A stretch of 64,000 nucleotides of DNA, taken from assembly GCA_963677595.1 (NCBI GenBank), contig OY782041.1, positions 2,336,001-2,400,000 on the forward strand, given 5' to 3'. Below the pieces are notes generated by a model. That model was not told the DNA's origin, ran no database searches, and saw only the letters and a program-made list of their open reading frames with translations. Both the position numbers and the translations under genes were made by a program. The DNA is from Spirochaetia bacterium. Lineage in GTDB: Bacteria > Spirochaetota > Spirochaetia > CAKZLE01. This document shows, piece by piece, positions 58,904 to 64,000 of the stretch (its first letter is position 1; every line of letters begins with the position of its first letter).

Positions 58904-60431
58904 GATCTCAACACTTGATCGCTTCATTTCCTATATCTCACCATCCTCCGGAATCAAAAGGATTCAGGCCAAGGCTGCAATTGATGCCTATGCCTTCGGC
59001 TCTTCAGCAGGGTACACCGGAAAGAAAACCAGATACGGACTGTCAAACACCATGCCGGTCGGTGATGATACCGATTACTCTTTAGCACAGCTTCGAAATT
59101 ATTCCCGTTCTCTGGTGACCTATACTTCGATTGGTGCTGGGGCAGTCTATATCAATGCCTCCAATACGATCGGGACCGGGCTCAAGATGCAGCCCTCGAT
59201 CCTGGAGAATGTGGTCCCGTTATCAAAGAAACAGATCGAAGCTCTCCAGGTTCAGATCAAGCAGCGATGGAAGCTCTGGTCAGAGAGTACTGATTGTGAC
59301 TTCCACGGCCAGTTTACCTTCAACCAGCTGCAGTTCCTCATGTACCTCTCAAAACTCACTAGCGGTGATGTTCTTGTTACCTTGCCCCTGGCTCATGAGG
59401 ACCGGACAGTGAACGGCCTGAAAGTGAACATCATTGAAGCTGACCGTGTTCGTAATGATCACCTGAAAAGCAACAGTGAGACCCTTGTGAACGGGGTGGA
59501 GCTTGATGCCCAGGGAAGGCCGGTCGGGGTGTATGTCCATCCTTCCGAGAATTCACTTGAAGACCAGGCAGCAGTCTATGTTCCGTTTGTCGGAACCAAA
59601 AGCAAAAGACGGAATGCTTTTCTCTGCTATACCCCGAAACGACCGAAAGAGTACCGGGGGAAACCCTTTCTATCTCCGGTGACCGAGACGATCAAGAAGC
59701 TGGACCGGTACTTTGAGAGTGAGATCACGGCCAGTGAAGTGAATTCCCTGTTCGGGCTGTTCATCAAGACCCCTTCGGGTGATGCCAGCTCAATTCTTGG
59801 GAAAACACCCATTACCCGAAACCCTGAGACCACCTATCCTGATGCTCCCGATTATTCTCTGGAGCCTGGAGTAGTGCTGCAGGGAAGGCCTGGAGATGAA
59901 GTACAGAGCTTCGATCCCGCAAGACCAAACTCAGCCTTCGGAGAGTTTATCAAATCTTCCCTGGTCCTGGTCGGGATGGGATTGCAGATCCCTTACGAGA
60001 TCCTGATCCAGTTCTTCTCCTCATCCTACTCAGCAAGCAAGGCAGCACAGAATGAGTACTGGAAAACAGTAAGGCGGGATCGTAATGATTTTGCACTCTT
60101 CTGCCAGCATATCTATGAGGAGTGGTTGACCGAGGAAGTCCTGCAGGGACGGATCAGCTGCCCCGGTTTCTTTGATGATATCGCAACGAAGCGAGCGTAT
60201 TGTCATGCCTCCTGGGTGGGAATTGCCCCGGGACAGATCAATCCTTCCGTTGAAGTAAAGGCAGCTATCGACCGGATTAATGGAAAGCTCTCCTCCCGGA
60301 AGAAGGAGTCTGCAGCTCTCGGCTTCGATCTCGATGAAGTCCTCGATGACCTTCATGATGAGCTGGAAGAGATGAAGAGTAGAGGACTCTACCAGGAAGC
60401 AGTGATAGAAACAAAAGAGGAAGAAGCATGA
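58884..60431 (+). CDS. Lambda-family portal protein
   Basis: LRNYSR, IGTG, IEADR, NGVE, RG.P, SSYSAS, INP..E. Confidence 0.93.
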   Translation: MSDRASKISTLDRFISYISPSSGIKRIQAKAAIDAYAFGSSAGYTGKKTRYGLSNTMPVGDDTDYSLAQLRNYSRSLVTYTSIGAGAVYINASNTIGTGLKMQPSILENVVPLSKKQIEALQVQIKQRWKLWSESTDCDFHGQFTFNQLQFLMYLSKLTSGDVLVTLPLAHEDRTVNGLKVNIIEADRVRNDHLKSNSETLVNGVELDAQGRPVGVYVHPSENSLEDQAAVYVPFVGTKSKRRNAFLCYTPKRPKEYRGKPFLSPVTETIKKLDRYFESEITASEVNSLFGLFIKTPSGDASSILGKTPITRNPETTYPDAPDYSLEPGVVLQGRPGDEVQSFDPARPNSAFGEFIKSSLVLVGMGLQIPYEILIQFFSSSYSASKAAQNEYWKTVRRDRNDFALFCQHIYEEWLTEEVLQGRISCPGFFDDIATKRAYCHASWVGIAPGQINPSVEVKAAIDRINGKLSSRKKESAALGFDLDEVLDDLHDELEEMKSRGLYQEAVIETKEEEA

Positions 60432-61597
60432 GAGGATTATGGGCAATTGATACAACCTATAGCAGGGACCTGTCAGCAATCCAGGCTATGAGCTATTCCG
60501 TCCAGGACCGAAAGGACCTGGAGACAGCTTTTGAGGAAGTGACTGCTCCCTACTGGATCGAGGGTGATACCGCCTTTATCAAGATCCAGGGAGTGCTCTC
60601 CCGGCAGTGGTCCTTCGAAACCTGGCTGCTTGGTGGACTGCCGACCGGGTACCTGCAGCATGTCTTTGGGCAGGCAATAGCAGATCCCTCGGTGGCAAAG
60701 ATCCAGCTTTACTTCGATTCTCCAGGAGGGGAAGTGTCGGGATTGAGTGAGTTCGCTCAAGTTGTCAGGAATTCACCGAAACCGATCCATGCCCATATAT
60801 CAGGGCATTGTACCTCAGGTGCCTATTGGCTCGCTTCCCAGGCAGGGAAGATCTCTGCCTCGAAGACCTCGATGATCGGGTCCATTGGAGCGTTCATCAG
60901 TTTCAGGAAGGCAAAGGACTCGGGCTATGAGGAGGTGATCTACCGATCATCCGAGCATAAAGCTCCCGATCCAGAGAGTAGCGAGGGAAAGAGCGAGTAC
61001 CAGAAGCTGGTGGAAGGGATAGCCAATCTGTTTGAGGCAGATGTAGCTGAAGGCCGGGGTGTCGGGATGAAGACCGTGCAGGATACCTATGGGCAGGGGA
61101 AAGTTTTCCTGGCAGAGGAAGCATTATCACTCGGACTGATTGATGAACTCATCAACAGTATCGATATCGCATACAAAGCGGGCGAGAGCCTGGAATCTAT
61201 AGGAGGCAGTATGAAAACAGAGAAGCAGAAAGCAGAAGAGCTCGAACAGACTCCTGCTGCAGCTGTTACCGATGAAATGAGCGCTCACGTGACTGCCGAA
61301 GCAGAACGTGAACGAATCACAGCGATCCTGGGACTTGATGGTCCTGAGGATATCACGAACGAAGCCATCAAGGCAGGCTGGAGTGTTGAGGATGCGGCAG
61401 TGAAGGTCAATGCCTATCTCAAGGGCCAGCTCGAGCAGATGAAGACAGGACGGAAAGAAGATGCGAAGGTTCTGGAGAATATCCCGCAGGAACCGGCAGG
61501 TGATGTCGTTCCTTCGAAGAACCAGGTGAACATCTTCGGCATTGAGAGAGCAAGCATCGATGCTGAGCTCGATCGACTCAGTGGAAAAGGAGCGTAA
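60428..61597 (+). CDS. S49 head maturation protease (gpC-like)
   Basis: DSPGG, SGAYWLAS, GSIG, GLID. Confidence 0.92.
   Translation: MRGLWAIDTTYSRDLSAIQAMSYSVQDRKDLETAFEEVTAPYWIEGDTAFIKIQGVLSRQWSFETWLLGGLPTGYLQHVFGQAIADPSVAKIQLYFDSPGGEVSGLSEFAQVVRNSPKPIHAHISGHCTSGAYWLASQAGKISASKTSMIGSIGAFISFRKAKDSGYEEVIYRSSEHKAPDPESSEGKSEYQKLVEGIANLFEADVAEGRGVGMKTVQDTYGQGKVFLAEEALSLGLIDELINSIDIAYKAGESLESIGGSMKTEKQKAEELEQTPAAAVTDEMSAHVTAEAERERITAILGLDGPEDITNEAIKAGWSVEDAAVKVNAYLKGQLEQMKTGRKEDAKVLENIPQEPAGDVVPSKNQVNIFGIERASIDAELDRLSGKGA
61211..61597 (+). CDS. Nested in-frame scaffolding protein (Nu3-like)
   Basis: AGGAGG at 61201 and in-frame ATG at 61211; AERERITAI motif. Confidence 0.6.
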   Translation: MKTEKQKAEELEQTPAAAVTDEMSAHVTAEAERERITAILGLDGPEDITNEAIKAGWSVEDAAVKVNAYLKGQLEQMKTGRKEDAKVLENIPQEPAGDVVPSKNQVNIFGIERASIDAELDRLSGKGA

Positions 61598-61601
61598 GTA
61601 G

Positions 61602-62219
61602 ATGGATACGAATGTGAGCGAAGTACGGAATGTACTGCTTGGAGGCTGGGTCACAGCAAAGGCGAATGTTATCGCTGCAGGGCAGAACCTGCTCAAAGGA
61701 ACCGTGCTCTCCGAGATCAAGAGTGCTGCAGCCGCTGCAGCTGATGCCGGTAATACCGGTGACGGGACGGTGGGAAGTATCTCAGTCGGTCCCCTGGTGA
61801 AGAAGGGAGTGTATCAGCTGATCTGCAACGGCTCCGGCTTCAACGTGATCTCCCCGGAGGGAGATGCCTGCGGAGTTGCAGTGGTTGATGAAGCTTTCAC
61901 CTCCCGTGAACTAAATCTGACTGTTGCTGCCGGGGCTGCAGCCTTTGTGGCTGGGGATTTCTTCACGATCACCGTGAGCGGTACCGGAAAGCACAAGATG
62001 GTAGCAGCCGATGCAACGGATGGATCAGGTACTGCAGAGCAGGTCCTGATGCTCGATGTTGATGCAACTGAGGCTGATGTGCCGAGTAAGGGCTGGGAGA
62101 GCGGTGAGTTTGATGCAGCGTTTCTGATCGTTCCCGATGGTGAGAGCATTGCAGCCTACCGGGATCAGATGAGAGTGAAGAGCATGATCCAGATTGAAAC
62201 TACAGGAGGGAACTATTAA
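61602..62219 (+). CDS. Head decoration protein (gpD-like)
   Basis: GQNLLKGTVL, DGSGTA, DATEAD, GEF; sits before the capsid gene. Confidence 0.85.
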   Translation: MDTNVSEVRNVLLGGWVTAKANVIAAGQNLLKGTVLSEIKSAAAAAADAGNTGDGTVGSISVGPLVKKGVYQLICNGSGFNVISPEGDACGVAVVDEAFTSRELNLTVAAGAAAFVAGDFFTITVSGTGKHKMVAADATDGSGTAEQVLMLDVDATEADVPSKGWESGEFDAAFLIVPDGESIAAYRDQMRVKSMIQIETTGGNY

Positions 62220-63256
62220 TGACCGTAGATATCTTTACCCGGGAACAGATGGCCCGGGCTTATGAGCAGACCTTGGGGAATCCCATGTTTCTCTACTCAA
62301 CTCTCTGGGGAAACTCCCAGAGCCAGAAGATTGTGACCGCCGATGTGAAGGTCATGGTCGATAAGATCAACAAATCAAGGTATATGGCCGGGTACACCGA
62401 GCACCAGGAACCGGCGAGGCTTATCTCGAAGTCAGGCTACTCGACTGACGAGTTCCAGCCTCCCTTCATCAATGAATCGGTGGCCTTCAACTATACCCAT
62501 GCCTCCAAGAGACCGGCAGGGGTAACTCCCTTCGGGACTCACGGGGTGAAGACCGGGGTGGATGAGCTGGTACGCAATACCAGGGAGCTGAGAAGCCGGT
62601 GGCTGCGAACCGTCGAGTACCAGTGCTCTTCAGCACTTTTCACCGGGAAGATCACCGCGGGGGACAAGACCTTCGACTTCGGTCTCAAGGCTACCCACAA
62701 GGTTGATCTGACTACCAAGTGGACCTCTGATTCTGCAGATCCCTTCAAGGATCTCGATGACATCATCGCTCTCAATGAGGAAGAGTCAGGAACCCCGACG
62801 AATATGGTGATCATGAGTATCACAGCCTGGCAGGCTTTCAGGAATAACAAGAAGGTCATGGCCATGATGGGCTCTCCCGCTTCCTCCCGCTGGATCAGCT
62901 TCGGGAATCTCAATGCTCCTTCCTATAATCCTGCCATGCAGGCTTCGTTAAAGGGAGCCCTGGAACTCACCGAGGCGACTGTTGAGATCTGGGTCTATGG
63001 CGGCAGGTATTTCGATGGGACCGAGACCAAGCGCTATGCCCCGGACGGCTGGATCTGGGTGGGAAGTAAAGAGACCCGCTATGACCAGTACTTCACCGGG
63101 TTCTTCGATTCCGAGTACATGGATATGGTACAGGCCGAGTACATGCTCGACCAGCTGAAGGAGACCAACCCTGACCAGGTGATCACCCGTCTCCGCAGCT
63201 GCCCGTTGATGGTGCCGATCGATATCGATTCCTACAGCGTCGTGAAGGTGGCCTAA
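62219..63256 (+). CDS. Major capsid protein (lambda gpE family)
   Basis: 345 aa; EYQCSSALFTGK, DFG, W...ADP, SCPL motifs. Confidence 0.9.
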   Translation: MTVDIFTREQMARAYEQTLGNPMFLYSTLWGNSQSQKIVTADVKVMVDKINKSRYMAGYTEHQEPARLISKSGYSTDEFQPPFINESVAFNYTHASKRPAGVTPFGTHGVKTGVDELVRNTRELRSRWLRTVEYQCSSALFTGKITAGDKTFDFGLKATHKVDLTTKWTSDSADPFKDLDDIIALNEEESGTPTNMVIMSITAWQAFRNNKKVMAMMGSPASSRWISFGNLNAPSYNPAMQASLKGALELTEATVEIWVYGGRYFDGTETKRYAPDGWIWVGSKETRYDQYFTGFFDSEYMDMVQAEYMLDQLKETNPDQVITRLRSCPLMVPIDIDSYSVVKVA

Positions 63257-63259
63257 GGA

Positions 63260-63583
63260 ATGGGAGTGGAATTCTGGGATCAGGTTGCTGTTGATACTGC
63301 CTCCCTCATCGGGGGAAGCGAGGTTTCTGTGCCCTTCCTCATTCTTGATGGGGAAGAGGAGTATGAGGCCTCGGGTATCTTCGAGCACTCCTACCGGGAG
63401 CTCGCGGGTGACGGCCCGATCCCGATTCCTTCCCGGTATGCTGCAATCAGGGTATATGAGGCAGCCATTCCGGTTCGTATCAGAACCGGTATGCAACTGA
63501 AGATTCTGGGAAAAACCTACCAGGTCATGAATATTCGTGAACCTGGACGAGACGGGATTACAACTCTGGAGCTGCAATTATGA
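63260..63583 (+). CDS. Head-tail joining protein (FII-like)
   Basis: GIF, GKTYQV, DGITTLEL; position after the capsid gene. Confidence 0.7.
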   Translation: MGVEFWDQVAVDTASLIGGSEVSVPFLILDGEEEYEASGIFEHSYRELAGDGPIPIPSRYAAIRVYEAAIPVRIRTGMQLKILGKTYQVMNIREPGRDGITTLELQL

Positions 63584-63978
63584 GGTTCTCAGCCCATGCC
63601 TTTGTGGACCTTGAAGCCCTGGAGCGGGTAGTCGAGCGGTTCCCTGAAATGAGGAGCCGATATCTCGGTTTTACGGCAACAAGGATCAAGGCACTGATAA
63701 AGAGCCAGTTCCTCTCGGGACAGGAGATCCTGCTTACTAAGAGCCAGGATTCTCTTGGAAGAAGCATGGTGAACTATCGGATCTCCGGGAGAGGGGAGAA
63801 GGCCCGGCTAACCTCCATTCCGATGAATCTGTTTGAGCGGGGACGATTACTCCGGTCGGGGAAAAAAGAACAGGGGAAATGGGTTGTGACGAGAAAGGTC
63901 CCTCAGGAGGCTCAAGCTCAGGTCCACCTCTGGGCGAGTGAGTTTGAGCAGGAAGTGTTGAAGGAGTTTACCAGGTGA
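63580..63978 (+). CDS. Putative neck/tail completion protein
   Basis: Basic 132-aa ORF overlapping the previous gene; call rests on synteny only. Confidence 0.55.
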   Translation: MRFSAHAFVDLEALERVVERFPEMRSRYLGFTATRIKALIKSQFLSGQEILLTKSQDSLGRSMVNYRISGRGEKARLTSIPMNLFERGRLLRSGKKEQGKWVVTRKVPQEAQAQVHLWASEFEQEVLKEFTR

Positions 63979-64000
63979 GTACGAAGGAGAGGCTGCAGCA

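Larger units (their letters stand above)
32671..64000. mobile_element. Lambda-like prophage integrated at tRNA-Met (continues past window)
   Basis: att fragment, CI repressor, replication genes, gpA terminase, lambda-type portal, S49 protease, decoration and capsid genes. Confidence 0.9.

Overview
Bacterial chromosome segment, probably from a spirochaete (inferred from a spirochaete-style lipoprotein and repressor; not proven). Bases 1-32.6 kb are a mostly GC-rich host and defence region. It holds the end of an ISAs1 element, a tandem HD-GYP protein, a SauUSI-like PLD-helicase-DUF3427 enzyme, MarR/MATE/ZIP/TrkAH genes, a complete Wadjet jetABCD operon, three AAA_14-DUF4143 ATPases with repeat-laden promoters, a GGDEF protein, toxin-antitoxin-like loci and an intergenic cluster of three promoter-structured RNA-terminator units. 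A 3' half of tRNA-Met(CAT) at 32671-32712 marks an att site. From there a lambda-like prophage runs past the right edge: AT-rich defence cargo (PHP-ATPase, two-MTase R-M plus Vsr), CI repressor, a replication module whose Sak4-like gene is split by an IS110 element with readable bridge-RNA guides, a C5 methyltransferase encoded in two overlapping frames, terminase, a second defence cassette (DUF262, HEPN, SEFIR/TIR, HEPN) and head genes. All calls come from reading motifs by eye; no database searches were run.
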